Made by a program: the position numbers and the translations under genes. From SAR202 cluster bacterium (GTDB taxonomy: Bacteria > Chloroflexota > Dehalococcoidia > Lucifugimonadales > UBA6927): a stretch of DNA of 64,000 bases. How positions within the stretch are numbered: the first letter of the stretch is position 1; every line of letters begins with the position of its first letter. The stretch lies in NCBI GenBank assembly GCA_022447855.1, contig JAKUTX010000005.1:4467-68466 (forward strand), in the 5' to 3' direction. Under the pieces are notes generated by a model that worked only from the letters and a program-made list of their open reading frames with translations, was not told the DNA's origin and did not search any database. Shown here piece by piece: positions 47,751 to 57,723 of this stretch.

Positions 47751-48644
47751 ATGACGTCATCGACGCAAACACTTTATAGAAACTTTATTATTGAAGAATA
47801 CAGTATCGACGAGGAACCATATTATGTTCCGGTAAGCGATGAAATAGAGATATGTGAAGCTGCATATAAACAAAAGATCCCTCTACTTTTTAAAGGTCCT
47901 ACTGGATGTGGTAAGACTCGATTCGTAGAGTATATGTCTTGGAGACTATCTCAACCATTAACTAAAATAAAATCTAAATCGAAAAGTAGCGATGAAGATA
48001 GCTCATCGTCAATGCCTCTTGTTAGCATTGCATGTCATGAAGATTTAACAGCTAGTGATTTGGTAGGTAGGTATCTTTTAGAAGGAGATAGCACTGTATG
48101 GCTGGATGGTCCTTTAACTAGAGCTGTAAAGGCTGGAGGCATATGTTATTTAGATGAAATAGTGGAAGCAAGAAAAGATACTACTGTCCTTATTCATCCT
48201 CTAACAGATCATAGAAGAATCCTTCCAATTGAGAAACGGGGAGAATTGATTGAAGCTGCTGAAGGTTTTCTTTTGATTCTTTCCTATAACCCTGGTTATC
48301 AGAGTGCTTTGAAGGATCTTAAACATAGTACTAGGCAGAGATTTGTGGCAATTGATTTTGACTATCATGCTCCTGAAATTGAAGCCTCAATTATCGCTCA
48401 TGAATCTGGTTGTGATGAAAATTCTGCTGATAAATTGGCGAAACTTGGTGAGAAAGTTAGAAATTTGAAAGAACATGGGTTAGGTGAGGGTGCTAGTACT
48501 CGATTGTTAATTTATGCTGGTAAATTGATAGCTCAAGGTATTCCGCCTCGTAGAGCTTGTCAGGTGGCGGTCAATTGGGCAGTAACTGATGATGTTTCAG
48601 TTCAAGAGAGTATTGGCGAAATTATTTTATCAATATTTGAATAA
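47751..48644 (+). CDS. CbbQ/NirQ/NorQ/GvpN-family MoxR-class AAA+ ATPase
   Basis: 297 aa. YYVP...E.CEAAYK...[19 protein letters not shown] (Walker A at 47895..47918), [17 protein letters not shown], Walker B YLDEIVEA. Ser/Lys/Asp-rich insert ([18 protein letters not shown]) after the P-loop helix. Starts 4 nt after coaE. Confidence 0.85.
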   Translation: MTSSTQTLYRNFIIEEYSIDEEPYYVPVSDEIEICEAAYKQKIPLLFKGPTGCGKTRFVEYMSWRLSQPLTKIKSKSKSSDEDSSSSMPLVSIACHEDLTASDLVGRYLLEGDSTVWLDGPLTRAVKAGGICYLDEIVEARKDTTVLIHPLTDHRRILPIEKRGELIEAAEGFLLILSYNPGYQSALKDLKHSTRQRFVAIDFDYHAPEIEASIIAHESGCDENSADKLAKLGEKVRNLKEHGLGEGASTRLLIYAGKLIAQGIPPRRACQVAVNWAVTDDVSVQESIGEIILSIFE

Positions 48645-48684
48645 ACCACGATATTACTATTTTTAGCCTAAGAGATATAATTCT

Positions 48685-51600
48685 ATGTCAAAATTTGAAA
48701 TTGAATTTGAGAAATATCCTGAACAACTAAATATTTCTTATAATGAAGCCCTGTCAAAAATGCCAGATACATTGAATGAAGTTCAACTGAGAACTTGGAC
48801 AGAGTCTGGTTTGATAATTGCAGGGCAAAGCGCTAGATCTTGGGAGGCAGCGGAAAGTTTTTTTAAGGCTAGTCCTAAAGTTGTTAGGTCAATCCCATTC
48901 AATTATTTCGTAAAATGGAAAGAATGTGGAAGTGATTTGTGTGATAACTCTTCAGCAATCGCAAACGTTTATTTTAATGTGAGTCCTTTAGTAGTTCCTA
49001 AGCTTAGGACAAGATACATAGAGAGTTGGGCGGCGCTTGGTAACACCCTCTACAAAGGTACATGGAAATCAGGTTCTTTATCATGTGAGCTATTTGAAAA
49101 GTCTCAATCTTTACTGGATGTTTTAACTTTTCCTGAATTGGAACATTTTGTTGCGTTTTTAGAACTTCTTTCTAGGCGGTCGTATGATCTTTCTACAGAG
49201 TGTTTGCAGATTGCAAGTGAAATTTTTCCAATGCTTGATGACCAAAAAATCGAATTTATTGATTTGGCTTCTGGTTTGGTTGAATCGTCATGGAGAGAAG
49301 TCAAAAGTTTTTTTGAAATTACAACGCGTGCTTTGTCACGCATAGATTCTCCCAACCGTATGAGATTTTTGAAATTATCAGAAGGGTTAGTCCAAGATGG
49401 GCGTTCGAATATGCCTGGGGTAATGCTTGAGATGTCTAATGCCTTATCCAATATTGATCGAGAATTTCATGGAGATGTTTTGGAACTGTGTGAAGAATTG
49501 ATTGTGGTACATCCTGAATCTGTACCTGATTTAGTTTCTAATCTTCCACACGTGCTTGAGCGTGCTAATAATATCCAGATGCGTAGATGGTTTGAGACCG
49601 GTATTGAGATAATGAGAGACAATATCGATGGCGGGTCAGCATATTTTAAATTAGAGTCAAACCGAGCAGAGCAGGCATTAGCTACCGTCTCTTCAGGCGT
49701 TGAGTTTTCTAGAGTTAAAGATGTGATGCAGATGTATTGTAGAGGTCTTGCCGGCTCAGAGATTCAATTAGCGCCCACAGATGAACTGGTTGAAAAAAAT
49801 ATTGGATGGGTTTCACTAGAATCTCCTGCTACTGAGGGTTCAACCGTTTATTTACCTTCCATGGTTGATATGTATGCGACAAAAGATAAGAATTTTGCTT
49901 GGTTGAAAGTTGTATCTACTCATCAAGTTTCTCATTTAGAATTTAATAGTTTAGGGTTTGAGTTTGAACGCGAAGCTGAATTTTTTGAAAACATGAGATC
50001 ACAAGTTGAATCAAGGAAAACGACTAGCGACGAATCATTAGATACTACTGTGGAAGATATTTCTGATGATTCAGATAAGAGTCAATGGATTACAGATATG
50101 CAAAGATTCTTCAATCTGTTTGAAGATCGAAAACTTGCATTGGATGTATTTACAGTTGTAGAAGATAGTAGGCTGGATGCTAGAGTTAAGAGCGAGTATT
50201 CTGGCTTGTCCAAGGATTATGTTGCTGTTCAATTGGATTCATTAGCTTCTAGGCCAGAAATTAAAGATAAGCCGGCTCAAGAGGCTTTAGTAGAATTTTT
50301 GGTACGCCTTAGTTTGCATCAATTTAAAGATTTACCAGTTCCGAGTAAATATATTGATCAGGCTAAAGAGATTTCTGAAATTTCTAGAAGGCTTTTGAAT
50401 GTTGAATCTTCGGTTGAGGATACGGCAGAAGCCACATTAAGGATTTATGCGGTAATTAGTAGTATTCCAAATGAAGAAGTTGAGGAAGATGATTGGGAAA
50501 ATATGGATACAGATGAAGAGGATTCTCTGGAAAATTATGAGGACTCCGACCAGATGACTCAGTTGATGTTAGATATTGCTCAAGGAATGCAAATTGGTGC
50601 TGAAGGTGAATCTGAAGGTCAAGATTATGAGCCTGTAGAAGATTTTGGTTATAGAGGTGATTTCAAACCAGAGTTAGCTCAATTGATGATGCAAATGAGA
50701 GATCAAGGCGAAGGAGGTCAATCAGGAGGAGATCAATTTTCTCAAGATGATTTAGAAGATTTGTTAAATCAGAGTGCTGAGATAGATTCCTCGGAAGGGG
50801 ATATTGAGAATTCAACTGGTCAATTTGCTAATAACTTGATTAAAGAAGCTTCCGTTAATCAACAACCATCACAAGAATTTGGGCAAGGGCCTGTAGTTCA
50901 TGTAGATGAAGATGGAGGTGAATTGGAATCGTCAGAGCCTGAATCTTTCGTATATGACGAATGGGACTTTCGAGCCGATGATTACAAACCTAGATGGTGT
51001 ATTGTTAGGCAACAGACAATGCCTGAAGGAGAGGCTGAATTTTATGAGCAAACCGTGCAGGGATATGGATCATTAGTTACTAGGATTCGTCAACAATTTG
51101 AAATGCTTGTTCCTGAATTATTCCGAAAAGTTAGAAGGTTAGAATTCGGTGAAGAAATTGACATTGATGATCTTATTGAATTTATGATAGATATTAAAAC
51201 TGGTGCTAGTCCCAACGATAAATTTTATTGGCGTCGTAATAAGGTTCAGAGGGATGTGGCATCTGCGTTTTTGCTTGATACATCTGCTTCTACTGCGGAA
51301 GCAATTAATGATTCTCGTAAAACGAATGATGATTGGGATGCTCCTGAAGATCCAGTTGAATATATGGTTTGGTTGCGTACTAGAAGGACTCAATCAGCAA
51401 GACGCACTTATAAGCGAATAATTGATATTGAAAAAGAAGCGGTTGTTTTAATAATTAATGCTCTTGAGGCTATTGGAGACTTCTATGGTATTTATGGATT
51501 CTCAGGATATGGTAGGGAAAATGTTGAGTTTTATACAGTTAAAGATTTAAATGAAACTTTTAATGACCGTGTAAAAAGAAGAATTGATAGAATTGCTCCT

Positions 51601-51939
51601 TTGCATGCTACTCGAATGGGTCCTGCAATTAGACATGCTGCATATAAATTAAATCAACAGGAAGCTAGAACAAAGTTACTTTTTTTGATAAGTGATGGTA
51701 GGCCTCAAGATAGAGGGTATAGTAGGGAAGGTGTGGAAAAGGAGTATGCGGTGCATGATACTAAAATGGCTCTAAATGAGGCAAAACTACAAGGTATTGA
51801 TGCATTTTGTTTAACTGTAGACAAGAACGGCCATGATTATTTAAAGACAATGTGTCAAGATATAGGTTATGAAGTACTAGAAGATATTAATGATTTGCCG
51901 AGCCGACTACTTTATCTTTATAAAAGACTAACTATGTAA
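48685..51939 (+). CDS. NorD/CbbO-like protein: long helical N-region, acidic linker, C-terminal VWA domain
   Basis: 1084 aa. YDEWDFRADDYKPRWC block (NorD/CbbO-like as I recall it). VWA MIDAS DxSxS (LLDTSAS, 51277..51291), with later SDGRPQD. Highly acidic low-complexity segment at about 50.48-50.96 kb. Confidence 0.7.
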   Translation: MSKFEIEFEKYPEQLNISYNEALSKMPDTLNEVQLRTWTESGLIIAGQSARSWEAAESFFKASPKVVRSIPFNYFVKWKECGSDLCDNSSAIANVYFNVSPLVVPKLRTRYIESWAALGNTLYKGTWKSGSLSCELFEKSQSLLDVLTFPELEHFVAFLELLSRRSYDLSTECLQIASEIFPMLDDQKIEFIDLASGLVESSWREVKSFFEITTRALSRIDSPNRMRFLKLSEGLVQDGRSNMPGVMLEMSNALSNIDREFHGDVLELCEELIVVHPESVPDLVSNLPHVLERANNIQMRRWFETGIEIMRDNIDGGSAYFKLESNRAEQALATVSSGVEFSRVKDVMQMYCRGLAGSEIQLAPTDELVEKNIGWVSLESPATEGSTVYLPSMVDMYATKDKNFAWLKVVSTHQVSHLEFNSLGFEFEREAEFFENMRSQVESRKTTSDESLDTTVEDISDDSDKSQWITDMQRFFNLFEDRKLALDVFTVVEDSRLDARVKSEYSGLSKDYVAVQLDSLASRPEIKDKPAQEALVEFLVRLSLHQFKDLPVPSKYIDQAKEISEISRRLLNVESSVEDTAEATLRIYAVISSIPNEEVEEDDWENMDTDEEDSLENYEDSDQMTQLMLDIAQGMQIGAEGESEGQDYEPVEDFGYRGDFKPELAQLMMQMRDQGEGGQSGGDQFSQDDLEDLLNQSAEIDSSEGDIENSTGQFANNLIKEASVNQQPSQEFGQGPVVHVDEDGGELESSEPESFVYDEWDFRADDYKPRWCIVRQQTMPEGEAEFYEQTVQGYGSLVTRIRQQFEMLVPELFRKVRRLEFGEEIDIDDLIEFMIDIKTGASPNDKFYWRRNKVQRDVASAFLLDTSASTAEAINDSRKTNDDWDAPEDPVEYMVWLRTRRTQSARRTYKRIIDIEKEAVVLIINALEAIGDFYGIYGFSGYGRENVEFYTVKDLNETFNDRVKRRIDRIAPLHATRMGPAIRHAAYKLNQQEARTKLLFLISDGRPQDRGYSREGVEKEYAVHDTKMALNEAKLQGIDAFCLTVDKNGHDYLKTMCQDIGYEVLEDINDLPSRLLYLYKRLTM

Positions 51940-51940
51940 G

Positions 51941-52990
51941 TTACTTTTTGATAATCGGGTCATTCATCAAATCTAATATTGATTCGGTCCAATCAGGGTC
52001 TAAAACCATAATATGCTGAACAGCAAGTTGAGGATTTGTATCGTAACGGGCGTAATATCCACTCCCGTCACTCAATTTTGAACCAATTGTGAATTTGAGT
52101 CCACCAGGGAATTGTTTTCCTGTTTGAGTTGTCTCTGAGAAGACGATCCAGACCGAAGGAGAATCGAATACAACTCCCCATTCATCATAATTTTTTCTGG
52201 CTTCACGGGCTTTTGCTATCCCAATGACAGGAGTTATTCCAAGATTTTGATAAAAGGGTTCCCATTTGTCTTGGTCTATATCTAGAGGCTCGGGACCTAT
52301 TTGACTGTCTCTTATTGACCAGGCAAATGGATTAACTAAAGGATCATATAAAGGTGAAGGAAAGTAGATTACATCTGGACTTGTTGCATATACGTCAAAT
52401 GATGTGTCTTTATATAAATGTATACCGTTGATTTCGTTTGGTTGTTTAGATATGGCCCATTTTGGTACAGGAGGTTCTACGATTAATTTTGCAACTACGT
52501 TTCCCCAAAGAGCTGGCAATAGAACCAATTGTGGAAATCCAGTAACTTGGGCATAATAGTGTTGCCCATCAGTTGTTGCATCTCCGAGAACGAATTGTAA
52601 ATTCCTACCACCTTTTAGTCCCAAATCAACAATCAATGTGGGATTGTTTAATCCGTACTCATCCAAGTTCTCTACAGTATCTAATTCAGTTACTAATTCT
52701 CTTGTTGCTCGTGGCCCAGCCAATAGGAACGGTATTCCACCCCACCTAGCTTCTGAAACCATTATTCCTGCGGGTTCTTCAAACCACCAAACTTCATCTT
52801 CAGTTTTGAAGAAGGTGATTTTCGCTTTTTCCTGTTCAATTGATACGCGTTCTAAATCTTCCCATGCAACTTGGTAAAACCATGGAGCTTCTTCAATAAT
52901 TTCCGGGGTAGATTTCCATGGATTAATGATAGCTACTGTCGTAACTACCAAGGCTATGAAAACTAATAAAGCGGTGATTCGAAGGCTCAT
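51941..52990 (-). CDS. DUF4340-like membrane-anchored protein (last gene of ABC-2/GldG module)
   Basis: 349 aa with an N-terminal TM anchor. Its position directly after a GldG-like gene matches the commonly seen DUF4340 arrangement. The domain call is from context and recollection. Confidence 0.5.
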   Translation of the reverse strand: MSLRITALLVFIALVVTTVAIINPWKSTPEIIEEAPWFYQVAWEDLERVSIEQEKAKITFFKTEDEVWWFEEPAGIMVSEARWGGIPFLLAGPRATRELVTELDTVENLDEYGLNNPTLIVDLGLKGGRNLQFVLGDATTDGQHYYAQVTGFPQLVLLPALWGNVVAKLIVEPPVPKWAISKQPNEINGIHLYKDTSFDVYATSPDVIYFPSPLYDPLVNPFAWSIRDSQIGPEPLDIDQDKWEPFYQNLGITPVIGIAKAREARKNYDEWGVVFDSPSVWIVFSETTQTGKQFPGGLKFTIGSKLSDGSGYYARYDTNPQLAVQHIMVLDPDWTESILDLMNDPIIKK

Positions 52991-53005
52991 CTATAATTTG
53001 TCCTA

Positions 53006-54676
53006 CTATCTCCTACGCCACCAAACTAAAAATGCAAGAACCATCATGGTTGCTGGAGGGAGTAACCATCCTGACCATTTTATGAAATCTCTTTCAAGCT
53101 TGTTTACTATCAATTCACGCATTGGGAATAGTCTAGGTCTTATAGATATTAGTTCGTAATCATCGGTAAGCCAATTAACTGAGTTTAAAAATAAATTTGC
53201 GTTGTCAGAAAAATTACTCCATTCATTTGTAATAAAATCTGAATCTCCAAAGACTGCAAATTTTGCGGTTGGGTGAGTTGTTTGGCCATCAACGGTTCCG
53301 CTAGCTTCTACAACTACAGCTATTGGGAAAGCTCCTTGCAAATCCGATCCTCTGTCAAATTCAGTATTAGTAGGATTCGTTTCTAGCCAACTAGCGGGAG
53401 TGGTAAATGCTAATGGGACAAAACGAATGATTTCTGCAGGGAAAAGGTCTTTAGCAAGTGTAGGGCTTAGTGCAGTAACACCTGTGAAGAAAGTTGTATC
53501 TAGTGGAGCCGCAATTTGTATGTCAGCCTCATCTAAGTTGTATTGTCCATTAGCTTTTTGTACAACTGGAGTAATCGAAGATCCTCGGTTACTTACAGGG
53601 TCAGCGACAGTAATATTTGTACTATCTATGCCCCAAATATTTAGGAATTCTATATAGGATCTTGGGGATCCTGGATCTAGAAGCATTACCAAGCTTCCAC
53701 CATTCTGCATATAGTTCGTTAGCGCATCGAATTCGGTTTGATCCATATCGGTTTTTGGCCCAGCTATCATTACAAGGGCTGCGTCATCAGGGATTTGACC
53801 TGCTTGCTGTAAACTTAATGATAAGACTGCATAATTGTCAGAAAGCATTCCGATCACTATATTGCTTAAGTCATTTGGGCTGGTCGTTTCATTTTCATCT
53901 GAGGGTAAGTTAACAGAAGATTCTCCGTGTCCAGTTAAACTATAAACTACTTTTTGCTCTTTTCCTGTGGCAATCAGAATTGCGGTATGAAAAGATTGCT
54001 CTGAATAACGGTTGATTGGTTGAAGTATTTTCTCGTCACCATCTCGTAGGTTTTCAAATACAATTACGGGGAAATTTCTGACGCCATAGGCTTCTGCGGT
54101 ACTCTTGTTTAGTTGAGGGTCGATAAATTCGTAATCAAATTTAGAACTATATCTATCGAATTCGTTTAGCAGACCTTCTGCTTTTTGATAATCTATATCA
54201 GTTGTAGGATTGTTAGGTACGAAAAAGGCGTTAGCTTTGATAGGTTCATCCAAATTATCAAGTAGAGCTAGAGTTTGGGGAGCTAATGTAAATACCCTTG
54301 TTGCTGTTACATCTATTCTAGTAGGATTTCTATATAGCATCAAATAGACAATTACTATAATGGCTAAAAAGGCCAGTGTCATTATAATAGTTGTACTGCC
54401 ATATCTACCATATCTACTGAAGATTCCTCTGGCGATAGTTTTTGGGGCTAGAAGTACCGATAATATTAATAGAGCTATTCCAATTAAGCTAACTGTTTCT
54501 CCAGAATCTTTAAGACTATCAGCCAGAAGATATGTAATCCCGCCTATTATCAAAATCAGAAAACCTATGCTTGCAGATGCAGCACTCCAGAATTTTAATG
54601 ATTTGCAGGCTTCCAAAATTGTTGATGAAATAGTTTCTTGATTACCAGAGTTTTGTGTACTCATGTTTAACGCCAC
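53006..54676 (-). CDS. GldG-like ABC-transport auxiliary component
   Basis: 556 aa. N-terminal multi-TM region, a large extracytoplasmic domain and a C-terminal TM (WLLPPATMMVLAFLVWWRRR). The architecture and position after an ABC-2 permease are typical of the GldG family. Confidence 0.65.
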   Translation of the reverse strand: MALNMSTQNSGNQETISSTILEACKSLKFWSAASASIGFLILIIGGITYLLADSLKDSGETVSLIGIALLILSVLLAPKTIARGIFSRYGRYGSTTIIMTLAFLAIIVIVYLMLYRNPTRIDVTATRVFTLAPQTLALLDNLDEPIKANAFFVPNNPTTDIDYQKAEGLLNEFDRYSSKFDYEFIDPQLNKSTAEAYGVRNFPVIVFENLRDGDEKILQPINRYSEQSFHTAILIATGKEQKVVYSLTGHGESSVNLPSDENETTSPNDLSNIVIGMLSDNYAVLSLSLQQAGQIPDDAALVMIAGPKTDMDQTEFDALTNYMQNGGSLVMLLDPGSPRSYIEFLNIWGIDSTNITVADPVSNRGSSITPVVQKANGQYNLDEADIQIAAPLDTTFFTGVTALSPTLAKDLFPAEIIRFVPLAFTTPASWLETNPTNTEFDRGSDLQGAFPIAVVVEASGTVDGQTTHPTAKFAVFGDSDFITNEWSNFSDNANLFLNSVNWLTDDYELISIRPRLFPMRELIVNKLERDFIKWSGWLLPPATMMVLAFLVWWRRR

Positions 54677-55377
54677 CTTCTAGATTCGAGTGAGCGCACC
54701 GCAAAGAATAGAAAAATTGCTGTCATTGCTATGTAATATGCTATATGAGTAGTATCTAGTACTCCTCTTGTGAAGTCACTGAAATGGATGTTCATAGATA
54801 GGTTGTTGAATAACTCAATTCCTCCTGGTAATCGATCTCCAAGTAAATTAATGAAACTCAAAAGTAAAACGATTACAAATCCAACTACGCCTGCAACGAG
54901 TTGATTGCTAGATAGAGATGAAGCGAAGATTCCAATAGCTAATGCTGTCATCCCATATAGAATCAATCCAAGATATGCTGAGAAAACTGGACCAGTATCT
55001 GGGTTTCCAAACCAGTAAAGTAAAACAACATAGTATAGAGTTAGTGCATAGGTGCTCATTAGTGCTGTGAAAGCTGCTAAGAATTTTCCAACAACAACTT
55101 CCCAATCACGGACAGGGGCTGTTAGCAGAAGTTCCATTGTGCCTAATTTTTGTTCTTCAGATAATAATCTCATTGTTAACAACGGAGCTAACAGTATAGA
55201 GAAATTGGTAGCACGGACTACAAACCCAGTTACACTAGCTTGCGCGAAGGCACCTGTAGCATCAAGGACAAAGAATATCCCAGTTAATATTAAAAACATC
55301 GCTCCTACAACGTAGGCTGTGGGAGTTTGAAAATAAGCCTTGATTTCCTTCCAGGCAATAGCAATTGTATTATTCAA
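54667..55377 (-). CDS. ABC-2 type transporter permease
   Basis: 236 aa with about 6 TM helices. Overlaps the ATPase gene by 8 nt and the GldG-like gene by 10 nt. Confidence 0.75.
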   Translation of the reverse strand: MNNTIAIAWKEIKAYFQTPTAYVVGAMFLILTGIFFVLDATGAFAQASVTGFVVRATNFSILLAPLLTMRLLSEEQKLGTMELLLTAPVRDWEVVVGKFLAAFTALMSTYALTLYYVVLLYWFGNPDTGPVFSAYLGLILYGMTALAIGIFASSLSSNQLVAGVVGFVIVLLLSFINLLGDRLPGGIELFNNLSMNIHFSDFTRGVLDTTHIAYYIAMTAIFLFFAVRSLESRRWR

Positions 55378-56329
55378 TTGATTCCTCTTCTGAGTCTAAA
55401 GCAGTTGTAACTTCTACGAAGATTTCTTCCAGAGACATGGTGATTGACTCCATATGCACCAGCTCCCATTTTCCCTCTACGATTGCGGAAGAAATTCTAG
55501 ACCTAACGTCATCACCTCTTTTGGTGTCGATTTGATAACTTCTGATTCCATCACCTAAGTCGGCTAGGAATGTAACATTTTCAACTCCTCTTATTGCAGA
55601 GAGGGCAGTTGATACAGTTTCTTCTGGACCCTTGATGTGAACCTCGATTCTTCCCACATTACGTAATCGTCGTTGAAGGTTTTCAGGAGTGTCTTCAGCT
55701 TTGATTGATCCATGATCAATTATGATTACTCTACCGCACATTCTCTCAACTTCATCAAGTAAATGACTACTTACCAATACCGTTCTGTCACCACCTAGGC
55801 TTTCAATTAAATCCCTGGTCTCAATTACTTGTCTAGGATCAATACCTATGGTGGGTTCGTCAAGTATTAGGACTTTTGGCTCATGTAATATTGCTTGAGC
55901 TATCCCAACTCTTTGACGAAATCCTTTTGACAGTTTGCTTATATGAGAATTTCTATAGTCTACCAGTCTGCAAAGATCAACCACTTCGTCTATACGAGAA
56001 CGAATTTTGGATCTAGACATTCCACGTATTTTACCCATGAAAGTCAAATAGTCTTTTACGGTCATTTCAGCGTATAAAGGTACTGTTTCAGGTAAATACC
56101 CTATGTTACTTCGGGCCGCCAATGAATCTGTTACAACATCATGTCCTGCGACAGAAACTTTTCCTGCTGATGGAGGCAAGAATCCAGTAATAATTTTCAT
56201 GGTAGTCGATTTCCCAGCACCATTTGGACCAAGGAAACCTACAATTTCACCTTCATTAACTGTAAAGGAAATGTCTGTTATTGCTGGGTAGTCACCAAAA
56301 TATTTAGTTACGTTGTTTAGCTCAATCAT
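55370..56329 (-). CDS. ABC transporter ATP-binding protein
   Basis: 319 aa. Walker A GPNGAGKST, signature LSKGFRQR, Walker B VLILDEPT. Confidence 0.9.
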   Translation of the reverse strand: MIELNNVTKYFGDYPAITDISFTVNEGEIVGFLGPNGAGKSTTMKIITGFLPPSAGKVSVAGHDVVTDSLAARSNIGYLPETVPLYAEMTVKDYLTFMGKIRGMSRSKIRSRIDEVVDLCRLVDYRNSHISKLSKGFRQRVGIAQAILHEPKVLILDEPTIGIDPRQVIETRDLIESLGGDRTVLVSSHLLDEVERMCGRVIIIDHGSIKAEDTPENLQRRLRNVGRIEVHIKGPEETVSTALSAIRGVENVTFLADLGDGIRSYQIDTKRGDDVRSRISSAIVEGKWELVHMESITMSLEEIFVEVTTALDSEEESIE

Positions 56330-56523
56330 TCTTTAATTTTCATCTTTAGATACGAATATAATTTTATATCAATTGGTATTACCAATCAATCGACTGACGG
56401 ATTGTATATCACCACTGTTCAAGAATTCAATATAATTGGTATATTAAATTTGATATAACTGTCATAGCTTATGCTAAAATATCGCGATTAGATAACATGT
56501 CATAACAAATTACAAGGTGAAAT

Positions 56524-57708
56524 TTGGATTCAACAACGGCAATATATTTAGATCATGCGGCCACCACTCCAGTTAGGAAAGAAGTGCTAGATGAGATGAT
56601 GCCTTATTTTTCTACTTTTTTTGGCAATCCATCAGGGATTTATTCTCTTTCACAGTTATCAAGAGCTGCTTTGGATGATTCAAGAGAAATTGTTGCAAAT
56701 GTTTTGGGTTGTTCTGCTAAAGAAGTTGTATTTACGAGTGGTGGAACAGAGTCAGATAATATGGCAATTAAAGGGGTAGCGTTAGGATTAAAACAATTTG
56801 GGAATCACATCATAACAAGTAATATTGAGCATCATGCAGTTTTACACACTTGCAAGCAGTTAGAAAATATGGGATTTGATATTACATATCTTCCAGTTGA
56901 TGAATATGGGCTATTACATTTGGATCAAGTCCGTGAGGCAATGAATGAAAGAACAATTTTGGTCAGTGTAATGCTGGCGAATAACGAAATTGGTTCTATT
57001 ATGCCTATAAAGGAAATTTCAGAAGTTGTTAAAAGTAGGTCTTCAGAATTGGGAATAAGGACATTTCTTCATACGGATGCTGTGCAAGGTGCAGGTTACT
57101 TGGATATAAATACTGATGAACTTGGAGTGGATTTAATGAGTTTGTCAGGTCATAAGATTTATGGCCCAAAAGGTGTCGGGGTTTTATTTATGAAGCAGAA
57201 TACTCCGTTTGAAAATTTGATTAATGGAGGAGGTCAGGAGAAAGATAGAAGATCTGGAACCGAAAATGTTCCCGGAATAATAGGGATGTCTAAAGCATTA
57301 GAATTGGTTCAGGATGAAAGAGAGCAACTTAGTGCAAATGCTGTGAAATTGCGGGATCGTGTTATATCTGGAATATTTGATTCTTTAAGTGACGTATACT
57401 TAAATGGTCATCCTACATTGAGACTTCCTAACAATGCTAATTTTTCGTTTAAGAATATTGAAGGTGAACCTATTTTGCTGGGACTGGATTTTGATAATAT
57501 TTGTGTGTCAAGTGGTAGTGCATGCTCTACTTCATCTTTACAACCTTCACATGTGCTTACTGCAATTGGAAGATCACATGATCTCGCGAGAAGTAGTTTG
57601 CGAATAAGTTTTGGAAAAGATAATTCAATCGAGGACGTAGATAAGTTATTATCTAGTTTAATAAAATTGATTAATAGACTTCGATCGAATTCAAATTTCA
57701 TTAAATAA
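56524..57708 (+). CDS. class-I cysteine desulfurase (NifS/IscS-like)
   Basis: 394 aa. PLP-lysine block [12 protein letters not shown] and active-site Cys loop [10 protein letters not shown] start with an AAGGTGA RBS. No IscU/NifU gene adjacent. Confidence 0.9.
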   Translation: MDSTTAIYLDHAATTPVRKEVLDEMMPYFSTFFGNPSGIYSLSQLSRAALDDSREIVANVLGCSAKEVVFTSGGTESDNMAIKGVALGLKQFGNHIITSNIEHHAVLHTCKQLENMGFDITYLPVDEYGLLHLDQVREAMNERTILVSVMLANNEIGSIMPIKEISEVVKSRSSELGIRTFLHTDAVQGAGYLDINTDELGVDLMSLSGHKIYGPKGVGVLFMKQNTPFENLINGGGQEKDRRSGTENVPGIIGMSKALELVQDEREQLSANAVKLRDRVISGIFDSLSDVYLNGHPTLRLPNNANFSFKNIEGEPILLGLDFDNICVSSGSACSTSSLQPSHVLTAIGRSHDLARSSLRISFGKDNSIEDVDKLLSSLIKLINRLRSNSNFIK

Positions 57709-57723
57709 TAGCGGAGAGTATAA

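Noticed and set aside
47751-51939. Calling the AAA+/VWA pair a Rubisco activase (CbbQ/CbbO) or NorQ/NorD outright
   Set aside because: Family membership is supported by motifs, but no Rubisco, nor or other known client genes are present in the window. I therefore report only the family-level call and leave gene symbols empty.
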